Source: Pseudomonadota bacterium
GTDB lineage: Bacteria > Pseudomonadota > Alphaproteobacteria > Rhizobiales > Rhizobiaceae
Assembly (NCBI GenBank): GCA_023416545.1
Contig: JAEZHO010000253.1
Coordinates: 3,049-67,048, forward strand
Length of the DNA stretch: 64,000 nucleotides
Direction of reading: 5' to 3'
A program made the translations under genes and the position numbers. Below, piece after piece: positions 47,927 to 57,973 of the stretch (its first letter is position 1; each line of letters starts with the position of its first letter). Below the pieces are notes generated by a model. That model was given only the letters and a program-made list of their open reading frames with translations. It was not told where the DNA came from and searched no databases.

Positions 47927-49033
47927 TCAGGAGAGGCTTTGCTCGTAGTCCGCGTAGTCGAACTCGCGGACCGTCCTGATGCTGCCATCCAGCTCGCGGA
48001 TGGCGATTGCCGGCATCTTCACGCCGTTAAACCAGTTCTTCTTGACCATCGTGTAACCGGCCGCGTCCTGAAACGAGATGCGGTCGCCGACATTCAGTTC
48101 CTTCTCGAAGTTGAACTCGCCGAAGATATCTCCCGCGAGGCAGGACTTTCCGCAGACCATGTAGCGGTGCGAGCCCGTGTTCGGCGCAACCTTTGCACTC
48201 TCCCGGTAGATCAGGAGGTCGAGCATGTGCGCCTCGATCGAAGAATCGACGATCGCCAGGTTCTTTCCGTTGAACAGCGTGTCGAGCACCGTGACCTCGA
48301 GCGTCGTCGAGCGCGTGATCGAAGCCTCGCCCGGTTCCAGGTAGACCTGTACGCCGTATTCGCCGGCGAAGCGCTTCAGCCGCTCGGAAAACAGGTCGAT
48401 CGGATAGTCGTCGCCCGTGAAATGGATGCCGCCGCCGAGGCTGACCCATTCGGCCTTGTGCAGCAGGGGTGCGAACTTCTGCTCGATCTCCCCCAGCATC
48501 CGGTCGAAGAGCGAGAAGTCGCTGTTTTCACAGTTGTTGTGGATCATGAAGCCGCTAATCCGGTCCATCACCGGCTCGACCTTGGCGAGGTCCCATTCGC
48601 CCAGCCGCGAGAACGGACGCGCCGGATCTGCGAGGTCGAAGCTGGAGGACGAGACCTGCGGATTGAGGCGCAGACCGCGGACGATCCCGGCGGCCTTGTC
48701 CGCGTATCGCTCCAGCTGGCTGATCGAGTTGAAAATGATCTTGTCGGCGTGGCTGACGACTTCGTCGATCTCGTAGTCCGCATAGGCCACCGAATAGGCA
48801 TGCGTCTCCTTGCCGAACCGCTCGTGGCCGAGGCGCACCTCATTCAGCGAGGACGAGGTCGTGCCATCCATGTAGTCGCGCATGAAGTCGAAGACCGACC
48901 ATGTGGCGAAGCATTTCAGAGCGAGAAGCGCCTTTGCCCCCGACGCCTCGCGGACCCGCGCGATCCGCTCCATGTTGCGGAGCAGGCTCGTTTTGTCGAT
49001 CAGGTAATAGGGGGTCTGAATGCCGTTGTTCAC
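47927..49033 (-). CDS. nspC: Carboxy(nor)spermidine decarboxylase
   Basis: LLALKCF (PLP Lys), SLGGG, YLEPGE, CLAGD and YTMVKKNWFNG motifs. Confidence 0.93.
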   Translation of the reverse strand: MNNGIQTPYYLIDKTSLLRNMERIARVREASGAKALLALKCFATWSVFDFMRDYMDGTTSSSLNEVRLGHERFGKETHAYSVAYADYEIDEVVSHADKIIFNSISQLERYADKAAGIVRGLRLNPQVSSSSFDLADPARPFSRLGEWDLAKVEPVMDRISGFMIHNNCENSDFSLFDRMLGEIEQKFAPLLHKAEWVSLGGGIHFTGDDYPIDLFSERLKRFAGEYGVQVYLEPGEASITRSTTLEVTVLDTLFNGKNLAIVDSSIEAHMLDLLIYRESAKVAPNTGSHRYMVCGKSCLAGDIFGEFNFEKELNVGDRISFQDAAGYTMVKKNWFNGVKMPAIAIRELDGSIRTVREFDYADYEQSLS

Positions 49034-49170
49034 AACTGCCTCGGAGCTTGGTCGTTCGAAGGGGGGCGAATACCCCGGATCGTTGTGAGACTCAAGCCAG
49101 CCGTTCCGCGACGTCCGGGCGCATTACGGATCGCGGACAAGGTGGCAGGAGTCGGCGCACCCGGGATGTG

Positions 49171-49195
49171 AAAAGGCCCTCCGCGATGGAGGGCC
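49171..49195 (-). terminator. Rho-independent terminator after the DUF992 gene
   Basis: GGCCCTCC-N5-GGAGGGCC with AAAA on + (UUUU on -). Confidence 0.7.
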
Positions 49196-49220
49196 CGTCC
49201 ATTCCCGATGGCTATTCCGA

Positions 49221-49742
49221 TCAACTGACCGGCGTGAGCGTCATCGAGGTGCCAGTCGCCGCGATGTTGAGGCCCAGTTGCCCCTGGATGCTGACGGTCT
49301 GCAGATGGATCGAGCCGGACGTGCCGCCCACCAGGACGTTGGCGCCGATGCCCGCGCCGACGGTCGCTTCCGCAGTTGCGCCCTGGTAGAGGCCGGCGAG
49401 CGAACCCGAATGGTAGCCGGCCGTCGGTGCAAAGACCGCCCAGACCAGCCTGCCCCGGGTGGTGAAGCCGAGGTCGATACCCATCTTGCGGAGGCTTCCG
49501 ACATACTCGTCCTGCCGGATGCCGTCGGTTGAGGTGAAGACGCAGCTCACTTCCTTGGCGGAGCCGAGGACATATCCGACGCCACCCCCGATGTCGCAGG
49601 TCAGGTAGCCGATCTTGACGCCGTTGCGGGCGTCCGCCTCATAGGCCGGCTCGGAATAGCGGGTAGCATCCGCCGCAACGGCGGCAGTCACCCCTCCACC
49701 GGCAACCGCTGCAACGAATACGGATGCGACAATTCTTCTCAT
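49221..49742 (-). CDS. DUF992 exported protein
   Basis: Signal peptide; GYLTC, WAVFAPT and GANVLVGG motifs. Confidence 0.87.
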   Translation of the reverse strand: MRRIVASVFVAAVAGGGVTAAVAADATRYSEPAYEADARNGVKIGYLTCDIGGGVGYVLGSAKEVSCVFTSTDGIRQDEYVGSLRKMGIDLGFTTRGRLVWAVFAPTAGYHSGSLAGLYQGATAEATVGAGIGANVLVGGTSGSIHLQTVSIQGQLGLNIAATGTSMTLTPVS

Positions 49743-49863
49743 ATTGGTTCTCCTTGAAAACGCACCCCGCGGGCAGAAGGTGCCCGCACCGTTCGCAGGA
49801 GAGACAACGAGAAAGCCGGGCGAACGATCCATCGCGGTCCGATGACAGATTGTTACCGACGCT

Positions 49864-50856
49864 TCACCTGCCGGCACCGGAATTGGTGCGGGAATGCCAC
49901 TTCCACGCCGAGCCGATGATGTCGCCGAGACCGTATCGGGGCTCCCAGCCGAGAACCTCGCGTGCCCTCGCATTGTCCGCGACAAGCGAGGTGGAATCGC
50001 CGTCACGCCGGCCGACATATTCGACCGGGAAGGGTTTGCCGGAGACCGCTGAGATGGCTGCCAGCAGTTCCTTGACCGTCGTCCCGGTGCCGGTGCCGAG
50101 GTTCAGTTCGACGGTCTGTCCGCCTCCGAGGAGATAGTCGACCGCGCGGACATGCGCGTCCGCAAGGTCGAGGACGTGGATATAGTCGCGAACGCAGGTG
50201 CCGTCCCGCGTGTCGTAGTCGCTGCCGAATACCTTGAAACCGTCTCGGCGACCGAGAGCCGCCTCGATCGCCAGCGGCACGGCGTGGGTCTCGGGGCTAT
50301 GCCACTCGCCGATCCGGCCCTCGGGATCCGCCCCGGCGGCATTGAAATAGCGCAGCATGACGGAGCGCAGGCCCTTGTAGGTGCCGTAGTCCTTGAGCGC
50401 CTGCTCAATGATCCACTTGGTGCGACCATAGGGATTGATCGGAGCCTGGGGATGGGTCTCGTCCATCGGCACCCGCTCGGGAAGACCGTAGGTCGCACAG
50501 GTCGACGAGAAGACGAAGGCATCGACGCCCGCCGAAAGTACGGCCGCCAGGAGGTTGAGCGCGCCGCCGACATTGTTCTCGTAGAAAGAGACGGGATCCT
50601 TCACGGATTCCCCCACCTCGATCAGGGCCGCAAAATGCAGAACGGCGTCCGGACGGTGCTTGGCAAACACCTCGTCCAGCCGCTTTCTGTCGCGGATATC
50701 TCCCTCTTCAAGAGGTCCCCAGCGGACGAACTCCGCATGACCATTGGAGAGATTGTCGAAGACGACGGGCTCGTAGCCCCTCTCCGCCAGGACCAGGCAG
50801 GTATGCGAGCCGATATAGCCGGCTCCTCCGACCACCAGGACTTTCTTCTGCGTCAT
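49864..50856 (-). CDS. galE: UDP-glucose 4-epimerase
   Basis: GGAGYIGSH, FSSTCATYG, YGRTK, RYFNAAGA and DGTCVRDYIHV motifs. Confidence 0.94.
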   Translation of the reverse strand: MTQKKVLVVGGAGYIGSHTCLVLAERGYEPVVFDNLSNGHAEFVRWGPLEEGDIRDRKRLDEVFAKHRPDAVLHFAALIEVGESVKDPVSFYENNVGGALNLLAAVLSAGVDAFVFSSTCATYGLPERVPMDETHPQAPINPYGRTKWIIEQALKDYGTYKGLRSVMLRYFNAAGADPEGRIGEWHSPETHAVPLAIEAALGRRDGFKVFGSDYDTRDGTCVRDYIHVLDLADAHVRAVDYLLGGGQTVELNLGTGTGTTVKELLAAISAVSGKPFPVEYVGRRDGDSTSLVADNARAREVLGWEPRYGLGDIIGSAWKWHSRTNSGAGR

Positions 50857-51123
50857 GCCGCCTCGCCGTGTCATCGGGTTTCGGAACGGCGGCAATATAG
50901 ACGGCGCCGGGAAGATTAAAACAGGCCAGTTCAGGATTCCTCATCATCAGCCGGACGGACGGGCGCCGGATGGCCCGGTCGGAATGGCTCCGCCGCAAAA
51001 ATCCCTGCATTGGCCGGGGAGCGTACTTGGCCGGTTGCCTGACAGCTTGACCCCGCCTGGCTTTTCGCGGATGGACGGACGAGAAACTTGCACAAGCGGG
51101 TATCGAAGAAGGAGGAGACACTC

Positions 51124-52116
51124 ATGAACATGCTTTTCGGCCGCCTCGCCGCACTTGGCCTGGCCGCTTCCGCGCTCTGGACGGGCAGCGCCCTTGCCCA
51201 GAGCACCGAAGTCAAGATCGCTTATGCCCTCGCAAAGGAATCGCACTACGGCGCCGCGGCCGATGGTTGGGACAATTATGTCACCGAAACCAGCGGCGGT
51301 CGTTTCACCTTCACGCATTTCCCCTCCTCCGCCCAGGGCGGTGAGCGCGAGGTCATCGAAGGCCTTCAGCTCGGAACCGGCGTCCAGGCCGTTGTCGTCT
51401 CCTCCGGCGCGCTTTCCAACTTCGTGCCCGAGATCGGCGTGACGGACATTCCCTTCCTCTTCCGTGACCTCGGTCATGCGCGCGCCGTCCTCGACGGTCC
51501 GATCGGCGAGGACATCCTCGCGAAGTTCGCCGAACGTCAGCTGATCGCGCTTGCATGGGGCGAACAGGGCTTCCGCCACATCACCAACAATCGCCAGCCC
51601 ATCGAGAAGCCGGAAGACCTTGCGGGCCTCAAGATCCGCACGATGGAGAACCCGGTTCACATCACGGCATTCGAAACGGCAGGCGCCGCTCCGACGCCAA
51701 TGTCCTGGCCGGAAGTCATCCCCGCCCTGCAGCAGGGCGCGATCGACGGACAGGAAAACCCGCTCTCGGTGATCGTGTCGGCAAAGCTGTGGGAAGTGCA
51801 GAAGTACCTGACCATTTCGGGACACGTCTACTCGCCCGCCATGCTGATCGTCTCGCCGACCTTCTGGGACAGCCTTTCGGACGAAGACAAGAAGATCTTC
51901 GCCGACGGCGCCATCAAGGGCAAGGAAGCCATGCGCGCCTTCGTCGACAATTCCGAAAAGAATGGCGTCGAAACCTCCAGGCAGGCGGGTATCCAGGTTA
52001 ACGTGCTGAGCGACGAGCAGAAGGCCCAGTTCCAGCAGGCGATCCAGGCTGCCTACGAACAGTATTACGGGACCTTCTCCAAGGACCTGATCGACCAGAT
52101 CATCGCGACGAAATGA
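51124..52116 (+). CDS. TRAP transporter substrate-binding protein (DctP family)
   Basis: Signal peptide; GLKIRTM and DGQENP motifs; AAGGAGGAG RBS. Confidence 0.93.
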   Translation: MNMLFGRLAALGLAASALWTGSALAQSTEVKIAYALAKESHYGAAADGWDNYVTETSGGRFTFTHFPSSAQGGEREVIEGLQLGTGVQAVVVSSGALSNFVPEIGVTDIPFLFRDLGHARAVLDGPIGEDILAKFAERQLIALAWGEQGFRHITNNRQPIEKPEDLAGLKIRTMENPVHITAFETAGAAPTPMSWPEVIPALQQGAIDGQENPLSVIVSAKLWEVQKYLTISGHVYSPAMLIVSPTFWDSLSDEDKKIFADGAIKGKEAMRAFVDNSEKNGVETSRQAGIQVNVLSDEQKAQFQQAIQAAYEQYYGTFSKDLIDQIIATK

Positions 52117-52178
52117 TCCTTGGCGCGCGCGTCCCGCATCGATGCGGTGCGCGCGCCTCTTCGACGGGAGGACTTGAA

Positions 52179-52694
52179 ATGCTGGTACGCAAGGCGGAAA
52201 CGATCTTCGTCGAAGCCAATCGATGGGCTATGATCGCCATCCTCTCGGTGATGGCAGGTCTCGTCTTCAGCAATGTCTGCCTTCGCTACTTCACCAACCA
52301 TTCGATTACATGGTCGGACGAGGTCGCCCGCCACCTGATGATCTGGCTGACCTTTATCGGCGCGGGCCTGACGCTGCGCCACGGGGGCCTTGTCGCCATC
52401 GACAATCTGCAGGCGGTACTGGGCGCGCGGTCCGCACGCGTCATCCGCGCGATCGTCGCAGCCATCATGATCATCTTCTTCCTGACGATGATCTGGGCCG
52501 GCAAGATCTACGTCGAGCGGACGATGTTCCAGACGACGCCCTCGACCCGGATTCCGTTCGGCTACATCTACCTTGCGATGCCCATCGGCTTCGGCCTGCT
52601 CATCCTTCACCTGCTGCTGGTCCTGAGGACCTATCTTGCCGGCGGAATGGGCGCCCTCCAGCAGGGGGACGACGTCCCGCCCGTTGCGGGTTGA
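52179..52694 (+). CDS. TRAP transporter small permease (DctQ family)
   Basis: NVCLRYFTNHSITWSDEVAR motif; 4 TM helices. Confidence 0.9.
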   Translation: MLVRKAETIFVEANRWAMIAILSVMAGLVFSNVCLRYFTNHSITWSDEVARHLMIWLTFIGAGLTLRHGGLVAIDNLQAVLGARSARVIRAIVAAIMIIFFLTMIWAGKIYVERTMFQTTPSTRIPFGYIYLAMPIGFGLLILHLLLVLRTYLAGGMGALQQGDDVPPVAG

Positions 52695-52740
52695 CCGTCA
52701 CCACCGTCCCTCACGCTCCAGCCGAAGACGTCGCAATCCC

Positions 52741-54024
52741 ATGATCATCATCCTCTTCACCTCGTTCTTCATCCTGCTTGCTCTCGGGGTTCCCGTGGCC
52801 TTCACGCTGGCGATCGCCACGTGGCTCGCCGTGGTCCTCGGCAGCAACTACCCGCAGATAGTGGTGATCAAGGAAATGTTCACCGGCGTGGACAGCTTCC
52901 CGCTTCTGGCCGTGCCCTTCTTCATCCTCGCAGCCGAGTTGATGACCGGCGGGGCGCTGACCCATCACCTGCTGCGGCTGGCATCGCAGTTCGTCGGCAG
53001 GGCGCGGGGAGGCCTGGGCTATGCCAGCATCATCTCCACGACGCTGTTCGCCGGGATTTCCGGCTCGGCGCTCGCCGCCGCCGCCGGCCCCGGTGCGATG
53101 TCGATCCGGATGATGGAGAAGAGCGGCTATCACAAGCGATACGCGTCAGCACTTGCGGCCGCCGTCGCGGTCGTCGACCCGATCATACCGCCGTCCATCA
53201 CCATGATCATCTACGCCCTCCAGGACCAGCGCGTCTCGGTGGGCGGGCTGTTCCTCGCCGGCGTGGTGCCGGGCCTCATCATCTCAGCGGCCATGTGCGC
53301 GGTGAACTTCTACGTCTCCCGCAAGCGAAACTACCGCTCGATGGAAATCCGCCCGAGCCTTCGGGAGATGGCGGCCAACACGCTCTTTGCGGTTCCCGCC
53401 CTCGCACTCATCGTCATCGTCGTCGGCGGCATTCGGCTCGGCTGGTTCACGCCCACCGAAGCATCCGTCATCGCGGTCTTCTATGCCCTCTTCTGCGGCA
53501 TGTTCATCTACCGGTCCCTGAAAGTGCGGGACCTTCCCGAGATCATCTTCCGCTCGGCCATGGTGACCGTCGGCATCCTGCTGATCCTTGCCTCGGCGCG
53601 CGCCTTCGCCTGGGTGCTGATCATCGAAGGGGTGCCCCAGTTCCTTGCGGACACGATCATCGGCTGGAACCTCAGCCCGATCGTCTTCCTGCTCGCCGTC
53701 AACGTGCTGCTGTTGATCTTCGGCATGTTCATGGACCCGTTGCCGGGGGTGATGATCCTGGTCCCGATCCTTGCGCCGATCGCCTTCCAGCTGGGCATCG
53801 ACCCGATCCAGTTCGCCATGATCGTGATCCTCAACCTCACGGTCGGCCTCATCACGCCACCGGTGGGCGCCCTGCTCTTCGTGGTTTCATCCGTGGTGAA
53901 GATCAGGGTGAGCGAAATTACCCGCGAGCTGGCGCCCTTCCTCATCGCCTATGGCGTGATCCTGTTGCTGATCACCTTCGTGCCCTCCCTCTCCACGTGG
54001 CTCCCGAGGCTGGCGGGCTTCTGA
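52741..54024 (+). CDS. TRAP transporter large permease (DctM family)
   Basis: LLAVPFF, AGISGS, IIPPS and GLITPPVG motifs. Confidence 0.93.
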   Translation: MIIILFTSFFILLALGVPVAFTLAIATWLAVVLGSNYPQIVVIKEMFTGVDSFPLLAVPFFILAAELMTGGALTHHLLRLASQFVGRARGGLGYASIISTTLFAGISGSALAAAAGPGAMSIRMMEKSGYHKRYASALAAAVAVVDPIIPPSITMIIYALQDQRVSVGGLFLAGVVPGLIISAAMCAVNFYVSRKRNYRSMEIRPSLREMAANTLFAVPALALIVIVVGGIRLGWFTPTEASVIAVFYALFCGMFIYRSLKVRDLPEIIFRSAMVTVGILLILASARAFAWVLIIEGVPQFLADTIIGWNLSPIVFLLAVNVLLLIFGMFMDPLPGVMILVPILAPIAFQLGIDPIQFAMIVILNLTVGLITPPVGALLFVVSSVVKIRVSEITRELAPFLIAYGVILLLITFVPSLSTWLPRLAGF

Positions 54025-54319
54025 TCGAAGCCGCGCCTCCCCTTTTCTTTTACGCCTTTCGCCACAGGTATTTTCGGTCGGGGATCGGAGTGGCACCGCT
54101 TGAGTTTCAGCAACGATAGGAATAGGTGTGCGGTTACCAGTCCGGGCCCCTCTGGCAGCGTTTGGCTGCGATGTCGGACTGCAGAATTCGATCAGGGCGC
54201 CACGGTTGTGATCAGATAGCCGCCGTCGACAATCTACCTTGACCCTCGCGCGCACCGCACGGGGGAGGATGGTCAGCGACGCTTAGCTCCGGGTCCCGCA
54301 GAAAAGGACAGGGTGAAAT

Positions 54320-54973
54320 ATGGGCGAATTATTCTCGCAGGAAGTGATTACGGCCTTCCTGCAGGTCATCATGATCGACCTGGTGCTGGCGGGCGACAAT
54401 GCGATCGTCATCGGCCTCGCAGCAGCAGGACTTCCCAAGGAACAACGCAACAAGGCCATCCTCATCGGCATCATCGCCGCCACGCTGCTTCGCATCGTGT
54501 TTGCCGGGGCGACCACGCAGCTGCTGCAGATCGTCGGTCTGCTTCTCGCAGGTGGCGTTCTGCTTCTCTGGGTCTGCTGGAAGATGTGGCGCGAACTGCG
54601 CACCACTCATGCCGAGGAAGCGGATGCGAACGAGGCGCTCGAGGATGCCGACCTCAATGCCGACGGGACCGTCGCCGGCGCCGCGCCCCGCAAGACCTTT
54701 GCCCAGGCCGCCTGGCAGATCGTCATCGCCGACGTCTCGATGTCGCTCGACAACGTCCTGGCCGTCGCCGGTGCCGCGCGGGAGCATCCGATCGTACTGA
54801 TCTTCGGTCTTGCGCTGTCGATTGCCCTGATGGGTCTGGCCGCGACCTTCATCGCCCGCCTTCTGCACAAGCACCGCTGGATTGCCTATGTCGGGCTTGC
54901 GGTCATCCTCTACGTCGCTCTCGAAATGATCTGGCGCGGCTTCAACGAGGTGACGCCCTACGTGCCGATCTGA
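54320..54973 (+). CDS. TerC family (YjbE-type) membrane protein
   Basis: IDLVLAGDNAIVI and ADVSMSLDNVLAVAG motifs. Confidence 0.92.
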   Translation: MGELFSQEVITAFLQVIMIDLVLAGDNAIVIGLAAAGLPKEQRNKAILIGIIAATLLRIVFAGATTQLLQIVGLLLAGGVLLLWVCWKMWRELRTTHAEEADANEALEDADLNADGTVAGAAPRKTFAQAAWQIVIADVSMSLDNVLAVAGAAREHPIVLIFGLALSIALMGLAATFIARLLHKHRWIAYVGLAVILYVALEMIWRGFNEVTPYVPI

Positions 54974-55001
54974 CAGCCGGTCATTTCAGACACCGGAACG
55001 C

Positions 55002-55031
55002 AAAATGGCGCAGCGATTGCTGCGCCATTTT
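55002..55031. terminator. Bidirectional Rho-independent terminator
   Basis: AAAATGGCGCAGC-GATT-GCTGCGCCATTTT between convergent genes. Confidence 0.8.
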
Positions 55032-55051
55032 CGTTGAGGCCCGAAGATATC

Positions 55052-56503
55052 CTAGATGGGGTAATGAAGATGGCCGTCCTGCACGGTCAGCCAGCGGAGT
55101 TCCGTGAACTCCGCGATACCGGCTTTGCCCCCGAAGCGCCCGTATCCCGAATTCTTGACGCCCCCGAACGGCATCTGCGCCTCGTCGTGCACGGTCGGGC
55201 CGTTGATGTGGCAGATGCCGGTCTCGATGCGGCGGGCCACGCTCATCGCGCGGTTGACATCGCGACCGAAAACCGCGGCTGACAGGCCGTATTCCGTGTC
55301 GTTGGCGATCCTGACTGCCTCGTCGATCGAGCCGACCCGCACGACGGAGGCAACAGGCCCGAAGCTTTCCTCGGCATAGATGCGCATCGCAGGCGTGACA
55401 CGGTCGAGAAGGGTCGCGTCCATCAGCGTTCCTTCGCTCCCGCCGCCCGCGGCAAGAACGGCCCCCTTCGACACGGCATCCTTCACCAGCGCTTCCACGC
55501 GCTGGGCCGCCTTCAGGTCGACCAGCGACCCGAGCGGTGAATCGCTGCGGCGCGGATCCCCGGCCTTCAGCGTGCGCACCTTGGCCGCCATCGCTTCCAC
55601 GAATTCGTCGGCGATCTTCTCGTCGACAACCAGGCGCTCCGTCGACATGCAGATCTGGCCCTGGTTCATGTAGGCGCCGAACGCGGCCGCGGCGACCGCC
55701 TCGCCCACATCCGCGTCATCCAGCACGACGAGCGGCGCCTTTCCGCCGAGTTCCAGCAGGGCGGGCTTCAGGTGACGTGCCGCGGTTTCGGCAATGATGC
55801 GGCCGACGCGGGTGGAGCCGGTAAAGTTGACCCGGCGGACGGCGGGATGGGCGATGAGCGCCTCCACGATCTTTCCCGCATCCTCCGGTGCGTTGGAGAT
55901 GGCATTGAGAACGCCTTCCGGAAGGCCGGCCTCATGGAGCGCGTCAACGATCAGGCGATGCGTGCGCGGGCAGATCTCCGAGGTCTTCATGACGACGGTG
56001 TTGCCGCAGGCAAGCGGCATGGCGAGCGAGCGTACGCCGAGAATGACGGGCGCGTTCCAGGGAGCCATGGACAGGATGACGCCTGCCGGCTGGCGGACGG
56101 CCATTGCCAGGCTGCCGGGCCGGTTCGAGGGGATCACCTCTCCGGTGATCTGGGTCGTCATCGACGCCGCCTCGCGCAGCATGTCGGCGGCAAGCCCCAC
56201 GTTGAACATCGCCCATCCCGCCGTCGCGCCGGTCTCCTCGGCCATCGCGGCAACGAACTCCTGCGCTTTCTCCTGGAGCCGGTCGGCAGCGGCCATCAGG
56301 AGCTTGCGGCGCTGCCCCGGCGAGGTCGCCGCCCATGCGGGAAACGCCTTGGCGGCGGCATTGGCTGCCTGGCGTGCATCTTCAACCGTAGCCGCGGCGA
56401 CCTTCGACGCGACCTCGCCGGAAATCGGGTTCATGCGTTCGAAGACGCGACCGTCGGCGGCTTCCACTTCGATATTGTTGATCTTCAGGCCCAGGATGCT
56501 CAT
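55052..56503 (-). CDS. Aldehyde dehydrogenase (vanillin/salicylaldehyde dehydrogenase-like)
   Basis: PWNAP, FTGSTRVG, LELGGK, GQICMS, EESFGP and HDEAQMPFGG motifs; alternative start 56542. Confidence 0.9.
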   Translation of the reverse strand: MSILGLKINNIEVEAADGRVFERMNPISGEVASKVAAATVEDARQAANAAAKAFPAWAATSPGQRRKLLMAAADRLQEKAQEFVAAMAEETGATAGWAMFNVGLAADMLREAASMTTQITGEVIPSNRPGSLAMAVRQPAGVILSMAPWNAPVILGVRSLAMPLACGNTVVMKTSEICPRTHRLIVDALHEAGLPEGVLNAISNAPEDAGKIVEALIAHPAVRRVNFTGSTRVGRIIAETAARHLKPALLELGGKAPLVVLDDADVGEAVAAAAFGAYMNQGQICMSTERLVVDEKIADEFVEAMAAKVRTLKAGDPRRSDSPLGSLVDLKAAQRVEALVKDAVSKGAVLAAGGGSEGTLMDATLLDRVTPAMRIYAEESFGPVASVVRVGSIDEAVRIANDTEYGLSAAVFGRDVNRAMSVARRIETGICHINGPTVHDEAQMPFGGVKNSGYGRFGGKAGIAEFTELRWLTVQDGHLHYPI

Positions 56504-56538
56504 GCGGTTCTCCAATGTCCTCGCTTCGGTGGGTTCGA

Positions 56539-57252
56539 TCATGCGGCGCTGCCGAGAAAGGCACGCTGCACGGCTATGTCGTTCATCAGGTTGCTGGCCG
56601 TGTCTTCGCCGGTGATCCGGCCCGCCTCGGCCAGGTAACCCCGGTCCGCGATCGAAAGACTCATCTTGACGTTCTGTTCCACGATCAGAAGCGCCAGGCC
56701 CCTTTCGCGGATGCGACCGAGGCTGCGGAAAAGATCGCCGACGACGACCGGGGCGAGCCCCAGGCTAGGCTCGTCCAGCATCAGCAGTTCCGGCTTCGAC
56801 ATCAACGCGCGGCCGATCGCGACCATCTGCTGCTCCCCGCCGGACATCGTGTTGACATACTGGCGGCGGCGCTCCTGCAGCTTGGGAAACAGATCGTAGA
56901 CGAAGGCGCGGCTGTCGTCCGCATGGGCCCGTGCCCGCCTGGCATAGGCTCCGAGCGCGAGGTTTTCCTCGACGGTGAGATCCCCGAACACTCCCCTGCC
57001 CTCGGGCACCAGCGCAATCCCGGCCTCCACGACCTCGTGCGCGGGCAATTGCTGGATCGCCCGCCCCCCGAAGCGTATGGACGCGCCGCTGTCGGCCGGG
57101 GTCATGCCGGCAATCGCCTTCAGCAGGGAGGACTTGCCGGCGCCGTTCGCTCCGAGGATCACCACCGTCTCGCCCTTGCCCACCGAGATCGAGATCCGGT
57201 CAAGCGCCAGGTGCTGGCCGTAGTGCAGCGATAGATCGCTTGTCTCAAGCAT
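56539..57252 (-). CDS. HAAT ABC transporter ATPase (LivF-like)
   Basis: GANGAGKS, MSGGEQQM and DEPSLGL motifs. Confidence 0.93.
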   Translation of the reverse strand: MLETSDLSLHYGQHLALDRISISVGKGETVVILGANGAGKSSLLKAIAGMTPADSGASIRFGGRAIQQLPAHEVVEAGIALVPEGRGVFGDLTVEENLALGAYARRARAHADDSRAFVYDLFPKLQERRRQYVNTMSGGEQQMVAIGRALMSKPELLMLDEPSLGLAPVVVGDLFRSLGRIRERGLALLIVEQNVKMSLSIADRGYLAEAGRITGEDTASNLMNDIAVQRAFLGSAA

Positions 57253-57973
57253 GATCGTCTCCCAGGTAGGCGCGCACGACATCAGGATCCCGCAACACGT
57301 CGTCCGTCGGTCCGTCGGCAATCTTGCGGCCGGCATTCATCACCACGCAACGGCCGCACAGCGCCCGGATCGCATCCATGACATGCTCTACCAGCAGGAT
57401 CGTCGTACCGCGCCGTTCCAGCGACCGGATGAGATCGATGCCGGTGCGCAATTCGGTCGGGTTGAGGCCCGCGAGCCACTCGTCGAGCAGCAGAAGGTCG
57501 GGTTCGGCGGCAAGCGCGCGGGCAAGCTCCATGCGCTTCTGGTCGATATAGGTGAGGTCGCTCGCCTTCTCGTCGGCGCGCTGCGCGAGGCCGACCTCCT
57601 GCAGGTGGTGCAGCGCGCGTTCGCGGGCCGCACTGCCCCACAGCTTGTGCCTGCCGAAAGCAAGCGCGGTCTCGACATTCTCCGCCACGGTCAGCGAAGG
57701 TAGGGCCCGCACCAACTGGAAGGTCCGGGCGACGCCCTTTCGCGCGATCCTGTGAGGCGAGAGGCCCTGGATCGGCTCGCCTTTGAGGGCGATCACTCCC
57801 TGCGTCGGCGCGAAGAAGCCCGAGATCATGTTCATCACGGTGGTCTTGCCGGAGCCGTTCGGTCCAAGCAGCCCCATCACCTCGCCCGCATTCAGCGAGA
57901 AGCTCAGGTCGTTGACGGCGGTCAGCCCGCCGAAGCGCTTGGTAATGCCGGAAAGGGCCAGGATCTCGCTCAT
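57245..57973 (-). CDS. HAAT ABC transporter ATPase (LivG-like)
   Basis: GPNGSGKT, ARTFQ and VRAYLG motifs. Confidence 0.93.
   Translation of the reverse strand: MSEILALSGITKRFGGLTAVNDLSFSLNAGEVMGLLGPNGSGKTTVMNMISGFFAPTQGVIALKGEPIQGLSPHRIARKGVARTFQLVRALPSLTVAENVETALAFGRHKLWGSAARERALHHLQEVGLAQRADEKASDLTYIDQKRMELARALAAEPDLLLLDEWLAGLNPTELRTGIDLIRSLERRGTTILLVEHVMDAIRALCGRCVVMNAGRKIADGPTDDVLRDPDVVRAYLGDDHA

Noticed and set aside
49806..49830. Minus-strand GGATC-N16-CGTT upstream of DUF992 (and GGAAA-N16-TCTT at 7980-8004)
   Set aside because: Mismatch in the AAC core; too weak to count without TSS data
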